Origin: Mobula hypostoma
Lineage: Eukaryota
NCBI RefSeq assembly: GCF_963921235.1
Contig: NC_086106.1
Span: 22,072,001-22,136,000 of the forward strand
Direction of reading: 5' to 3'
DNA length: 64,000 nt
In this document: positions 51,066-64,000 of the stretch, piece by piece
Numbering within the stretch: the first letter of the stretch is position 1
How the letters are laid out: the number at the start of each line of letters is the position of its first letter
The notes under the pieces: generated by a model
Told to the model about the DNA's origin: nothing
What the model saw: the letters and a program-made list of their open reading frames with translations, nothing else
The model's database searches: none
Made by a program: the position numbers and the translations under genes

Positions 51066-52533
51066 CCTAGCACAAAAGTTTAGATGCTGTGGAGTTTGTT
51101 GGCTGCGCTCAGAAATGTTTATTGAAACGATGTTTATATTAGTGTGAAAGAATAGAGGCTGCACATGATATAGTATTGAGAAACGAACCTGGTCGGTTAT
51201 GAAATCTCTCAGGGGGAGACCATTTTTGAGAAAGCGATCACTATTCCATCTCCTTTGTTGAGGGATAGTGACAGAGAAGTTAAGAAAGCGTTTAATTGGA
51301 GTAAGAATAAATATAATGTCATCGGGCAGGAACTTGAATATATAAATTGGGAACTGATGTTCGGAGGAAAATGTGCAGCTGAAATGTGGCAAATGTTCAG
51401 GGGATATCTACGTGTCGTTCTGCATATGTACCTTCCAATGAGACAGGAAAGGAAAGTCGGGTACAGGAACCGTCGAGTACAACGGATGTTTCAAATATAG
51501 TCAAGAAGAAAAGAAGAGCTTAGGAAATGTTCAAAAAACTAAATAATGACAGATATCGAAAGGATTATAAAGCTGGCAGGAAGGAGGTTAAAAATGAAAT
51601 TAGGAGAGCAGAAGGAGCCATGAGAAATCGTTGGCGGAAGGATGAAGGAAAATCCCAAGGTGTTCTACAAGTATGTGATGAGCAAGAGGTAAGACCTCAG
51701 AGAATAGGGACAATCGAGTGTGACAGTAGAAATGTGTGTATGGAAACGGAGGAGATAGCAAAGATACTTAATGTGTATTTTGCTTCAGTATTCACTACCG
51801 AAATGATCGTGGCGATTTCAGCTATGACTTAGAGAGGATAGAAATGTTTGAGTATATAGATATTAATAAATAGATGTACTGGAGCTTTTCGGAAGCATCA
51901 AGTTGGATAGGTCAGCGGAAGTGGACGTGATGCAGCCAAGACTACTGTGGGAAGCAAGGCAGGAGATTGCTGAGCCTCTAGCGATGATCTTTATATCATC
52001 AATGGGGACGGGAGATAATTGGAGGATTGCAGGGTTGCAGATGTTCTGCTCTTTCCTGAGGACGGTAGTAGAGATATACAAGGAAATTATGCACCAGTGA
52101 GTCTTACTTCATTGGTAGTTAAGTGACAGAAAGAATTCTGAGAGGCGCGATTGTTGAACATTTGGAGAGACACAATATGATTAGGAATAGTCGGCCTGGT
52201 TCCGTCAAAGGCAGGCAGTGATTCCTGATTTTTTTTTGAGGATGTGACGAAACACCATTAATGAATGTAGAGGAGTTTATGCAGTGTTTATGGATTTTAA
52301 CAAAGCTTTTGATAATGTGCCCCATGCAAGACGTACTGAGAATATAAGGAGGCATGGCAATCAAGCGGTCATTGCTTTGTGTATCTGGAATGGTCTTGTC
52401 CATACAGGGCAGAGAGTGGTTGGAGATGGGTCATAATCAGCATGGTGGATAATGCACAGGGGTGTCAGAGATTGCAGTGGGTTATCGACAGGAAGCAAAC
52501 CTGGACTGCGAAGTGCCAGGTGGGGTTGAACCT

Positions 52534-52557
52534 ACACACACGCACACACGCACACAC

Positions 52558-52608
<51 letters not shown>
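52534..52608. repeat. (CA)n(TA)n compound microsatellite
   Basis: Seen directly. Confidence 0.95.
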
Positions 52609-52611
<3 letters not shown>

Positions 52612-53159
52612 GATTGCGTGAACTCGGTCTTTTCTACTTGAACAACGGAGGATGAAAGGTGACCTGACAGACATGTATAAAATGATGAGAGGCATTGATC
52701 GAGCGGATAGCCAGAGGCTTTCTTCCCAGGGCTTAAATGGACAAAATGAGAGGGCACAGTTTTAAGGTGCTTGGAAGAAAGTACAGTAGAGATGTCAGTG
52801 GTAAGCATTTTTTGTTTTTTTTTTGACACTGGAAATTGTGAGTGCGTGGAATGGGCTGCCGGCGAAGGTAGGGTAGGCGGATACGGTATGGCCTTTTAAG
52901 AGACTCTTAGAGATGTACATGGAGCTGAGAAGAATAGAGGGCTATGATTAACTCTGGGGAATTTCTCGTGAGTACATGTTTGGCATAGCATTGTGGACTG
53001 AAGGGCCTGTATTGTGCTGTTGGGTTTCTATGTTTTATGTTCTGCGTTTTCTAGGACCAGTTGGGTAGTAATAGAAGACCATAATATATAAGCTATAAAC
53101 CATCTTATCATGGTAGATCGAAATTTCCGATCAGCACAAAACTCGTGCATTCTCCTGGT

Positions 53160-55900
53160 ATCCTTTCATGCCATGACCAATCAACAGACTATCAAGCACT
53201 TCCATAATTAATTATATAGCCGTGACCTCCACTGCTGCCTGCGGCAATTAATTCCACGGATGCACCACCCTCTGGCTAAATAAAATCATCGTCCCTTCTA
53301 TTCAAATAGGATTATTCTCAGAGCATGTCCTCTGGACTTCCCACCAAAGGCATTGTCCTCCCTACATGCACTCTATTTTTTGATAGTTTTGAATGACGTC
53401 AAACCACATTCTTCTGAACTGTAGTGAATGCAGCCTTACAACCATCGGACGCGCGTGACAGCACAAGTCACTCAGTTCCATACGTCATTTTCGTGGGCCT
53501 CCTTTGAATCCTATCCACTTTTCAGCACAGCCTTTGTAAGGTAACGTACCCAAACCTTCCCACAATATTCTCAGTGTCGACCACACACACCAGTGCTTTA
53601 AATGCTCATCATTAGTTCATTGTTCCTACACTCTTGTCCTCTTGAAATTAAGTCTAAAATTGTCCTTGCCTGTATAAACACAGGCGGCTCACTCTGCAAC
53701 CAAACCTCCGGGTGTCTTGCTCAAGGCCTCCCGAGACCCGTTGTGTCTCAGCATGTGCGTTCTACTTCTATCCACTTAGGACGTAATCAAACCTTTCATT
53801 TCTTGTACTAATTGAGTGATGATCCACTTCCGGAAGCTCTATTCCATGTACCATCACTAACCTCTTTCTATGAATTTGTCTAACTTCTTCTTTAGCCTAT
53901 TCGAATCCTCTCGACTACCTACATCTCCAGTTACCTTCATATCGTTTGCATACTTTGCGAAAAAATAAACATCAACTGTATCATCCAAATCATTGATAAG
54001 TAAAGTAAAATTAATCGTTCCCATTTCAGACACTTGTGGACATCACTAGTCACCGAGGGCCAGTCAGAAAATGCTCCCTTTATTCCCACATTTTCCCTTC
54101 TGCCAATCAGCCACTGCTTTGTGCATGCCTAAATCTTTCTTCTCACACCAAGAACTCGAAGTTTGTTTATTACCCTCATGTGTGGCCTTGTCAAAGGTCT
54201 TGTGAAAATCCATGTACGCAACATCAACTGATTCCCATTTTTCTATCCTGATTTTAACTGCTTCAAGTATTTGCAACGCATTTGTCAGGCAAGATTTTCA
54301 ATTGATGAAACAAAATGTCTCCAAGTATCCTGAGACCTGATCTTTTATAATCGAATCCAATATCTTCACAATCTCTGAGGTCAGACAAAATGGTACAGAG
54401 TTCCCTATCTTCAACCTCTCTTCCTTCTTGGAGTGGCATTTACATGTTTCCGTTTTATGGAGCTATTCCACAATCTATTAGTTCGGAAATATCATTCCGA
54501 ATGCATCCACGACCTCTTCAGCCACCTCTGCCTGCAACCGAGATTGTATACCATCTGTTCCGTGTGACCTCTCTACCTTCAGATCTTTCACATTTCCAAG
54601 AATATTTTACTCTAGTTATGATAACTTCACAGAGTACACCCCATAGACACGTAGAACTTTCGCCATACTGCTATTGCCTTTGCGAGTGATGACAGATGCA
54701 AAATACTTCTTCAGTTCGTCCTCTGTTTCTTTCTTCCATTTGCTACCACTGCAGGGTCATTTTTTTTTCCCTGCTGTTCCACACTGTCGCCTCCCTGTTA
54801 GAATTTATGTTTGTGAGGAATATTTTCGTATCGGCATTAATATCACTTCATATAACATTCCAGCTTTACACTCTCAATGCCTTTTTTGGCTGCCTACAGT
54901 TGTGTTCTTTTTTTCAAGTTCCACAATCCTATAACATCACATTAATATTTATTCTACTCTATGCGTATGCTATATTCATATTAACTTCTCTTGCAAAACT
55001 TGGCTGTGGCGTCTTTCCTTTGGAATACTTCTTCTTTAGCATGTATATATGCTGTACCTTTCGATTTTTTCCCCCCACAAATTCCACATATTGCGGTTCT
55101 GCCGTCAACCTTGTCAGTACTTTTTCTAGTAAATTCTGGAAAAAGTCTCTCTCATGCCTTTGTACTTTCATTTACTCCTGCGTAATACTGATACACATGT
55201 GTTTAGCTTCCAATTCACGGATTGTAGATTGAATGCGATGAGTGTTTGATCACTTCCTCCGAAGGTTTCATTTGTTTCCTTTTGTTTTAATTATTTTTAC
55301 CTTAAGCTCTCTAATCAATTCTGGCTCTTTGCAAAACAACCAACCGAAAATACCTGAACCTCTGGTGGTCTCAACCACGAGCTGCTTGGAAAAAAAAATC
55401 TGCCTCGTAGGCATTTTCGAATTTCCCCCTTCTTTAAACCAACACCAACCAAGTTTTCACAACCTATCTGCATGTTGTCCCCATGTCAATTGTGAACTTT
55501 TTCTTTTGTAATAAATTTGCTGTTTCATGCATTTACGACGCATCATCCTCACGCCTGCTTGGGGATCTGTGTATATCTTTCATCCTGGTCATTTAACACT
55601 TGGAGTTCCGTTACACTATTGACAATGCTCAACAAATTTAGCCATATCTTACCCTTTTTTAAGTTCATCCTTTTCATTCCAAAATTTGCATGCGATATTA
55701 TCAACATCTGTCTCCACAATCTCTCCACTAATTGTTCTGTCACTTGGATCCCATCCCTATAAAACTCGGGTTAAAACCTTAACTTCTCATTGGGTTGTCT
55801 CGCAACGACAACCTTGCATTCAACATCGTTAAGACCAATGGATTGATTAAGCACTTCAGAAATGATGTTGACGTAGCACACCTGTCCTATTCAAGTGTTT
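53160..55900 (-). mobile_element. Old CR1 ORF2 fragments
   Basis: VDVAYMDFHKTFDKATH (54064-54276); NGKIWLNLLSIVNS (endonuclease region, near 55600). Confidence 0.75.
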
Positions 55901-56039
55901 AACTTTTGGAATGGTGAGCAGTTCCAAGTATCCGAGTGTCGAAATCTCTAAAGATCTATCTGCAGACCAACAGATTGATGCAATTACATGAATTGTGCGA
56001 CATCGGCTATATGTAATTAAAAGCTTGGAGAAGAATTGA

Positions 56040-56540
56040 AGTGCTACCAAGGAGACTGGGCAATTTCAACAGAGGCATGTGAAGAAAGTTCTAACAGGTT
56101 GCATGGCTGTCTCGACTCCGGAACCCATTGCACAGCTTATGGAAAGCTGCACAAATACTTTAACGCAGCCAGTTCCATCATGTGCTTTAACATCCAGGGA
56201 ATCGGGGAAAGGTAACCTTCCAAAAGTTATACTTCATAAAGAAGGCATAGATTATTACAGACCCTCGACTCCCAGGACATGCAGTCTTCTGAATGCTAAC
56301 ATTACGGAAGACGGACAGGAAGTTAAATTCACGAACTCAACGTTTCAAGGACATCTTCTTTCCCCCGGTAATCTAATTTACAAATGGACAAAGAAACCGT
56401 AAATACTATTTCACAATATTATCTTTATTTTGCATTAGGTTATTTAAGACACTTTTTAAATATACTTGCAAATTGTACTTTTCTGATTTTTTAAACAATT
56501 CTTTTTAATCTATTTTAAAGTACTGTTGGCACATACACTA
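56040..56540 (+). mobile_element. Rex1/Babar-like LINE 3' end
   Basis: VLTGCMAV...; homologous in character to 63235-63560. Confidence 0.6.
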
Positions 56541-57468
56541 CCAACAAAAAAAAAAATCATGATATATACTAGTGATATTAAACTTCTTGTTCAGTGTAAT
56601 TTGTACAAAAAGTTCTCTCCGTGAAGGATGATGAGCTCCTGTAATGCTTCACTTTTACATTTTGTTATCGCTGGACCACTCTGCCTGTACTTTGCACCAT
56701 TGAAGATAATAAAGGTATAATTTGGCAATTGAATGATAGCTGAACATTCGTCGGAGTGGATGATTTTCGTGATTTCTGATTAGTGCGATCTTCTCAGGAG
56801 AAGTAATGTCGTTTACGATAGGAACGGGTAACAATTGAACTAGTGGGGATCAATTGTTTTCTTGAGAACAGCAAACTCGGTCAGTAACTTAACTTTCTGC
56901 GTAATCATAGGGCAGGTGAACTCCACAACGCACACTTCCAATCCCATCTTATTGATTACAACTCATAACCTCGAACAGGTTTGTAGAGGCATTGCCCCAG
57001 AGAATTCAATGCTATTCAAAATAAGTGCACGTAATATTGGATCATTTTCTCAATAAATAAATGAACAAGTATGATGTGTTTTGTGTTTAGAACTTACATA
57101 AAGATCTACTCACATTTATGTCTAATGACGCAGAAATGGTGAAATTCTGCAGAGTTCACAAGCTCTCTGGCACCACTCTATCAATAATTATATCAGACCT
57201 TCTGAATCAGGCTCATTCTTTGTTTACAAATAAACCAGACCTTAAATAGCTATCACGAGCGGCTGAAGCAAATTCCTACGATAGCACACCTGAACTTGTT
57301 TCACATTCCTTTGGGGCGTGTTGCAGTAGACCAATATGCTTAACATCCTAAAGTTCTGGACATACAATTAACAGAGGAAAGTTCGCCACTGCAATTCCGC
57401 AATAGTGGCTGGAAGCTTGTGGCAAAGAGACCGGAACAAGCAGCAGCTGTGCGTCAGATACCATCTGC

Positions 57469-57507
57469 AGTTATTGTACGAGGATAGCATCTGTTTCCAC
57501 CACTGTG
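57469..57507 (-). other. 23-spacer recombination signal sequence of V2
   Basis: On -: CACAGTG (57507-57501) + 23 nt + ACAATAACT (57477-57469). Confidence 0.95.
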
Positions 57508-57809
57508 AGATGCAGCACAATAATACGTTGCCATATCATATATCCGCATCGCCGGGATGGTCAAACGGTACTCCATTTGGTCGTCCTGGACTACGTCAGC
57601 AAACCGGCCTTTGGCAAAATCCGCCTGAAAGTCGTTATCACCAAGTGTGCTTCGCTGAGCCACAAACTCGATCTGTCTACCAAGGTTTTGGCGATACCAA
57701 AATAAGTAATTAGCATCTCTGGTGTAGCTGCACGTGAAGGTAATGCGTTCGCCCTCAGTCCCGGTGAGTGAAGATTCCCGCTGAGTCACTGAAACGCCAT
57801 CACTCAGAT
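57508..57809 (-). CDS. V exon of TCR alpha/delta-type V segment V2 (intact)
   Basis: Acceptor ttctAG at 57811-57810. Encodes (D)LSDGVSVTQRESSLTGTEGERITFTC SYTRDANYLF WYRQNLGRQIEF...GRFADVVQD...EYRLTI...DMATYYCAAS; canonical heptamer adjacent. Confidence 0.95.
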
Positions 57810-58389
57810 CTAGAATATAGGGTGAATTAATATTTCATTATCAGAAACAATTAGCTGCACACACCCTGGCTGTTAACATAAAATAATATAAATTTACTAC
57901 AGACTGTATAGTATGTTTTCTGCCGACTGAAACTTTCACAACACTACATTTCAAACTTATATGCCTCAGGTTCTTGTTTACATTTATTCTTGTAATTCTC
58001 ATCCAGTAATTCAGATAATGCAGCATATGCATCTGTATCATTATTAGATGACGACATTTCAACTGTCAACTGTCAATCAGCTATGAACATAAATCTGAAG
58101 TTTTTGTTCATCTGAAATCAGCGATGCAGTTATAGATAGTCTTTCGAACTCTATTCATTTTGAATATATTTTTGAATTTATTCAAACGTGAAAATTGACT
58201 CTACTTCCTGGTTTCTCATGAAGAAATATACAAACCGAAGTCCCCATGCTGACGGTTAAAACCTCAAGCCCTCCGTTTACTCTATACATACTTTATCTTA
58301 ATCTCATATCTGACTCTAAAAGTATGAAACAGTTCCATTCGCTGTATCCGAATAAATTAGTCACCATTAATAACAGCTTCTCTTCTTAC

Positions 58390-58435
58390 CAATAATCAAT
58401 GAAACCCACAACGCAACGAATGAGTGGTGTCGCAT
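58390..58435 (-). CDS. Leader exon of V2
   Basis: MRHHSFVALWVSLII+G; 46 nt, phase 1; donor GTAAGA; 580-nt intron splices in frame. Confidence 0.88.
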
Positions 58436-58549
58436 TTTCTACTCCAAAAATGCCGAAACTTCTGAGTTTGGCATGGATCTGTTTCAGTCGAAGCAAGCAG
58501 CTGAGAAGAAGGGTGTGAGCAATCGGGTACAAAAAAAGTTTTTTTTTAA

Positions 58550-61500
58550 ACAGTGCTCGGGAGAAGGGTTTGCACTGCGCAGGCGCGTGACGTAGAGCGC
58601 CAGGGTCTAAAAACAGACCACCACATACAGCGGCAATCGTTGTAGCGTCCATCGTCTGAGTGGATTCAGTCAGAGTGGGACAGCTTTTGCTCAACAGACT
58701 TCAGCGAGTACAGGCAGATGCCAGGGTAGGGTCCGATAAGTTTTTTTTTTCTTTGTGCAGATTATTCAGAGTAGAGAGAATGCCAGGCAGAATGTTGGAA
58801 TTCTCCTCTTGCAAAGACACCTGCAAGAAGTGCATCCAGCTGCAGCTCCTATCAAAACCGTGTTAGGGAAATGGAGCCTGAGCTAGATGACCTCATGATC
58901 ATTCGGAGAATGAGGAGATTGTAGATAGTAGCTACAGGGAGGTAGTTACGCCAAAGGAGCAGAGCACAGGAAATTGGGTCACTGTCAGGTGAGGGTAGAG
59001 GAAAGGGCAGGCAGAGCAGGGTTTCCCTGTGGCCATTCCCCTCACCAACAAGTATACTGCATTGGATACTGTTGCGGGGGATGACTTACCTGAGACAAGC
59101 TGCAGCAGTCAGATGTCTGGCACGGAGTCTGGCTCTGCAGTGCAGAAGGGAGGGTGGAAAAAGAGGACAGCGATAGTGATAGGGGACTCGATAGTTAGAG
59201 GTACAGATAGGAAGTTCCTTGGTCGTGACAGAGAATCCAGGATGGTTTGTTGCCTCCCGGGTGCCACGGACAAGGATGTCTCTGTTCGCTTGCATGACAT
59301 TCTCAACTGGGAGGGTGATCAGCCAGATGTCGTGCTGCACATCGGTACCAATAACATAGCAAGGAAAAGCAGAACCTCGAGGGTGGTGATCTCAGGGTTG
59401 CTACAGTTGCTAAGTCCAGTGAAGGTAAGAATTGGATGCTCTGGAGGATGAACAAGTGGTGAGGAACTGGTGTAGAGGGCAGGGTTTCAGATTTCAGATC
59501 ATCGGGACCTCTTCTGGGGCAGGTGGGACCTGTACAAGAGAGACGGGTTGCACTTGAACTACAAGGGGACCAATATCCTTTCAGGGAGGTTTGTTAGTGC
59601 TGTTGGGAGGCTTTAAACTAGATTTTCAGAGGGATGGAAACCAGAGCTGAGAGTGTGGCTGGGGTGAAAATAAATGAGGTTAAAAGTTCAAGCAAAGCCA
59701 CAAATAGAAAAATTGTGATTGGTGGCAAAAATCTTCTGAGGTGTATATATTTCAGTGCTAGGAGAATTGCGGGGAAGGCGGACGAGTTGAGGGCGTAGAT
59801 TGACACGTGGAATTATGACGTTATAGCAATTAGCGAAACTTGGCTACAGGAGGGGCAGGCCTGGCAGCTTAATGTTCCAGGGTTCCGATGTTTCAGACGT
59901 GATAGAGGCAGACGGATGAAAGTTGGGGGGCGGGGAGGTAGCATTGCTCGTCAGGGAAAATGTTGCAGCAGTGCTCAGGCAGGACAGATTAGAGGGCTTG
60001 TGTACTGAGTCCTTATGGGTAGAGCTGAGAACAGGAATGGTATGGTCACATTAGTGGGGTTGTATTATAGACCACCCAATAGTCAGCGAGAATTGGTGGA
60101 GCAAATCTGCAGAGGGATAGCACACAACTGCAGGAAACAGAAAGTTGTGGTGTTCGTGGATTTTAATCTTCCATGTATTGTTTGGGACTCCCATACTGTT
60201 AGGGGTCTAGATGGTTTAGAGTTTGTAAAATGTGTTCAGGAATCTTTGCTAAATCAATAGGTAGAGGTACCAACTAGAGGAGATGCAACATTGGATCTCC
60301 TGGTAGGAACGAGTTAGGACAAGTGACGACTGTGTGTAGGGGAGCACTTTTTTTTTCCAGTTATCATAACAACATTAGTTTCAACTTGAACATGGAGAAG
60401 CATATATCTGGTCCTAGGATTGAGGTCCTGAACTGGAAGAATGCCAAATTTGTAGAAATCAGAAAGGATCTGAAAAGCCTGTATTGGGACAGTTTGTTCT
60501 CTGGCAAGGATGTGATCGGTAAGTGGGAAGCCTTCAAAGGAGAAATTTTGGGAGTGCAGAGCTTGTATATATCTGATAGGATTAAAGGCAAAGTGAATAG
60601 GAATAAGGAACCTTGGTTCTCAAGGGATATTGCCACTCTGATAAAGAAGAAGAGAGAGTTGTATAACATGTACAGGAAAATAGGAGTAAGTAAGGTGCTT
60701 GAGGAGTATAAACAGTACAAGAAAATACTTAAGAAATAAATCAGGAGGGCTAAACGAAGACATGAGGTTGCCTTGGCAGTCAAAGTGAAGAATAATCCAA
60801 AGAGATTTCACAGGTATATTAAGAGTAAAAGGATTGTAAGGGATAAAATTGGTCCTCTTGAAGATCAGAGTGTTCGGCTATGTGTGGAACCAAAAGAAAT
60901 TGGGGAGATCTTAAATGTTTGTCCGTTGTTTTTTTTTTCGTCTGTATTTACTAAGTAAACGTGTATGAAGTCTAAGGAATTAAGGAAACATGTAGTGAGA
61001 TCATGGAAACTGTATAGATTGAAAAGGAGGAGGTGTTTGCTATCTTGAAGCAAGTTAAAGTGGATAAATCCCCAGGACCTGACAGGGTATTCCCTCGGAA
61101 CTCGAAGGAGACTCGTGCTAAAAATGCAGGGGCTCTGGCAGATATATTTAAAATGTCGGTGTCTACGGGTTAGGTGCCGGAGGATTGGAGAGCAGCTCAT
61201 GTTGTTCCGTTGTTTAAAAAAAAGATCGAAAAGTAATCCGGGAATTTATAGGCCGGTATGTGTGACGTCGGTAGGTGGTAAGTTATTGGAGGGAGTACGA
61301 AGAGACAGATTCTGCAAGCAATTGTATAGACAGGGACTTATTAGGGAGTCAGCATGGCTTTGTGCGTGCTAGGTCATGTTTCACCAATCTATTGCAGTTT
61401 TTCGAGGAGGTTACCAGGAAAGTGGATGACGGGAAGGCAGTGAATGTTGTCGACATGGACTTCAGTAAGGCATTTGACAAGGTCCCGCATGGGAGGTTAG

Positions 61501-62661
61501 TTAGGAAATTTCTGTCGCTAGGTATACATGGAGAGGTGGTAAAATGGATTAGGCATTGGCTCAATGGAAGAAGCCAAACAGTGGTAGTAGAGAATTGTTT
61601 CTCTGAGTGGAGGACCGTGGCTAGTGGTGTGCCATAGGGATCAGTGCTGGGTCCATTGTTATTTGTTATCTATATCAATGATCTCGATAATAATGTGGCA
61701 AATTGGATCAGCACGTTTGCTGATAAAACAAAATTGAAGGTCTAGTGGACAGTGAGGAAGGTTTTCAGATCCTGCAGAAGGACTTGGACCAGCTGGAAAA
61801 ATGGGCTGAAAAATGGCAGATAGAGTTTAATACAGACAAGTGTGAGGCATTACACTTTGGAACGACAAGTCACGGTAGAACATACAGGGAAAATGGAAAG
61901 GCACTGAGGAGTTCAGTAGAACAGAGGGATCTGGGAATACAGATACAACATTCCCTAAAAGTGGAGTCACAGGTAGATAGGGTGGTAAAGAGAGCTTTTG
62001 GTACGTTGGCCTTTGTTAATCAAAGTATTGAGTTTAAGGGCTGGAATGTTATGATGAGGTTGCATAAGGCTATGGTGAGGCCGAATCTGGAATATTGTGT
62101 TGAAGTTTCGTCACTAAATTACAGGAAGGATATTAATGAGTTTGAAAGAGTGCAGAGAAGGTTTACAAGGATGTTGCCGGGACTTGAGAAACTCAGTTAC
62201 ATAGAATGGTTGAATACGTTAGGACTTTATTCCCTGGAGCGTAGAATAATGAGAGCAGATACGATAGAGGTATATAAAATTATGATGGGTATAGATAGAG
62301 TGAATGCAAGCAGGCTTTTTCGACTGAGGCAAGGGTAGGAAAAAAAAAACAAAAAACAAAGGACATGGTTTAAGGGTGAGGGGGGAAAAGTTTAAAGGGA
62401 ACATTAGGAGGGACTTCTTCACACAGAGAGTAGTGGGAGTATGGAAGCAGCTGCTAGACGAGGTGGTAAATGCGTGTTCTTGTTCACATTTAAGAATAGA
62501 TTGGACAAATAATGGATGGGAGGTGCATGGAGGAATATGGGCCGTGTGCAGGTCAGTGGGACTAGGTACAAAATAGTTCGGCACAGCCAAGATGGGCCAA
62601 AAGGCCTGTTTCAGTGCTGTAGTTTTTTCTATGGTTTCTAAGGTTTATATGGTTTATATGG
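58550..62661 (+). mobile_element. Near full-length but frameshifted CR1 LINE
   Basis: GC-rich 5' UTR; ORF1 (IVIGDSIVRGTDR...VCCLPGA...VVLHIGTN); endonuclease (VGLYYRPPNS); RT (QHGFVRARSC, MDFSKAFDKVPH); tail (tttatatgg)n. Confidence 0.93.
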
Positions 62662-63234
62662 ATGAAATGGAGAGAGAAGACCAGACTGGGTAATAATGCG
62701 TCATTTTCTGAAGAGCTGAGAGCAGTATTTATTTTTTTATATAACTTAGCTTGTAAAGGCATGGGTGCCTTCGCGACAGCAAAACGTATTCTGATTTCAT
62801 CGAATTCAAACGGCAGATTGGTGTATTAAAATGCAAAATGTCAAAAGAAACCAGTAAGTGTATGTGACAGATATCTGAGAATACCAGAGATCCAGAATTG
62901 ACTTCGTTTTCCTGGCATTTTATTGACACTTCTATTAATACTATTTTATTTTATTTTATTTTAATTTAATAGAATTCTTATAAAATAATATGAATAATTA
63001 TTATAATGATTATACTTTGTCCTTTATTTTCGCCAGACCACCGATACTAAAACGTGCAACCATCATAGCGATATTTGATTCTGCGCTTCCCCCTCCCTAG
63101 ATTACAAATCGATAGGAAATATGAAACATTTAAATTATAAATCGTAAACAGAAAATATAAAAATGGAAAGTAAGCTAGTACAAAACAAAAACCGAGGTGC
63201 AGGTTCGGATATTTGGCGGGCACAGCCCACAGTC

Positions 63235-63560
63235 GTGTCAGATTCTGTTGAGCAGTCTTATCACAGTTGGAAATATGCTGTTCCCAAATCTGGCCGTTCG
63301 GGTCTTCAGCTCCTGAGCCTTCTCCCGGAGGGAAGAGGGACGAAAATTGTGTTGGCTGGGTGGGTCGTATCCTGGATTATCCTGGCAGTTGTACTCCACC
63401 AGTGTGCGGTGTAAAGTGAGTGCAAGGACGGAAGATTGGTTTGTGTGATGTGCTGCGCCGTGTTCATAATGTTCTGCAGCTTCTTCCGTTCTTGGACAGG
63501 ACAACTTCCATATCAGGTTGTGATGGAACCTAGAAGAATGCTTTGTACGGTGCATCTATA
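63235..63560 (-). mobile_element. Rex1/Babar-like LINE 3' end
   Basis: ...ELKTRTARFGNSIFPTVIRLLN, typical of the Rex1 ORF C-terminus. Confidence 0.75.
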
Positions 63561-64000
63561 AAAAAATAAAGGATATACATATTTATGGCTGACCTGGGAT
63601 CCAACTCAATCCCGTACACCAGACTTCTTTCCGTATTATTTTATACCCTGACCAATCAAGAAACTGTCAATTTCCGATTTAAATATCCCCACGGTCTTGA
63701 CTGCCACAGTCTGCAGCAGAGACTTCCGAAGATACAGTACCGTGTGGGCAAAAACAAAATTTTCCTTTCCTGTATTCCAAAAGACCACCGTTAATTCTGA
63801 GGCTGTGGTCTTTCGTTTTAGATAGTCCCAATCTAGGAAACATGCTCTCCACAGCCATCTTATCTAGTCCATTGAATATACCTCATCGGGCTAATTTTTT
63901 TTTTTTTTTTTGGCGTGCTGACTCTGAAACTGGATCAGAATTGAATGTATAGTGAGGAATAATTTATTTCATGAGTTTCTATTTTATAGAAAGATTTTGG

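Larger units (their letters stand above)
49700..53053 (+). mobile_element. Decayed CR1 with deletions and a nested L1 fragment
   Basis: RCVDLQLFRDRISKLEMQ; TNILVGRFAKAIG; QPRLLWEARQEIAEPL; CR1 3' UTR. Confidence 0.85.

Noticed and set aside
58550-62661. Active full-length CR1
   Set aside because: ORF1 and ORF2 are broken by many stops and frameshifts.
63185-63193. Perfect nonamer ACAAAAACC
   Set aside because: No heptamer at 12 or 23 nt.

Overview
This is eukaryotic genomic DNA, most consistent with a cartilaginous fish (shark/ray). That assignment is inferred from the CR1, Rex1/Babar, L2, Penelope and Gypsy repeat content and from the V-gene sequences. The window is part of a T-cell receptor alpha/delta-type V-segment region heavily filled with retrotransposons. 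Only two host genes are supported, both apparently intact V segments. Each has a 46-nt leader exon, a GT-AG phase-1 intron, a V exon with C...WYR...YYC, and a 23-bp-spacer RSS. V1 is on + (10530-11576) and V2 is on - (57469-58435). They align without gaps at 48/93 aa identity (hand count), share the non-consensus nonamer ACAATAACT, and face each other about 46 kb apart. No D, J or C segments were found. The rest is mainly decayed mobile DNA: many CR1 copies, a TSD-bounded Gypsy provirus, a Gmr1-type (integrase-before-RT) Gypsy, LTRs carrying large internal minisatellites, Penelope ends with hammerhead-like motifs, a mariner MITE, and L1, L2 and Rex1 fragments. The best unexplained signal is a locally duplicated ~1-kb cassette (about 24950-25940 and 26990-28670). 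Both copies keep a gap-free 73-codon frame behind a splice-acceptor-like site, with weak V-like traces. I cannot claim a clearly new biological system. No prokaryotic features (CRISPR, rRNA, operons) are present, and the supplied ORF track, which uses bacterial start codons, is mostly TE fragments or noise. Boundaries of decayed repeats are approximate and were set by eye.
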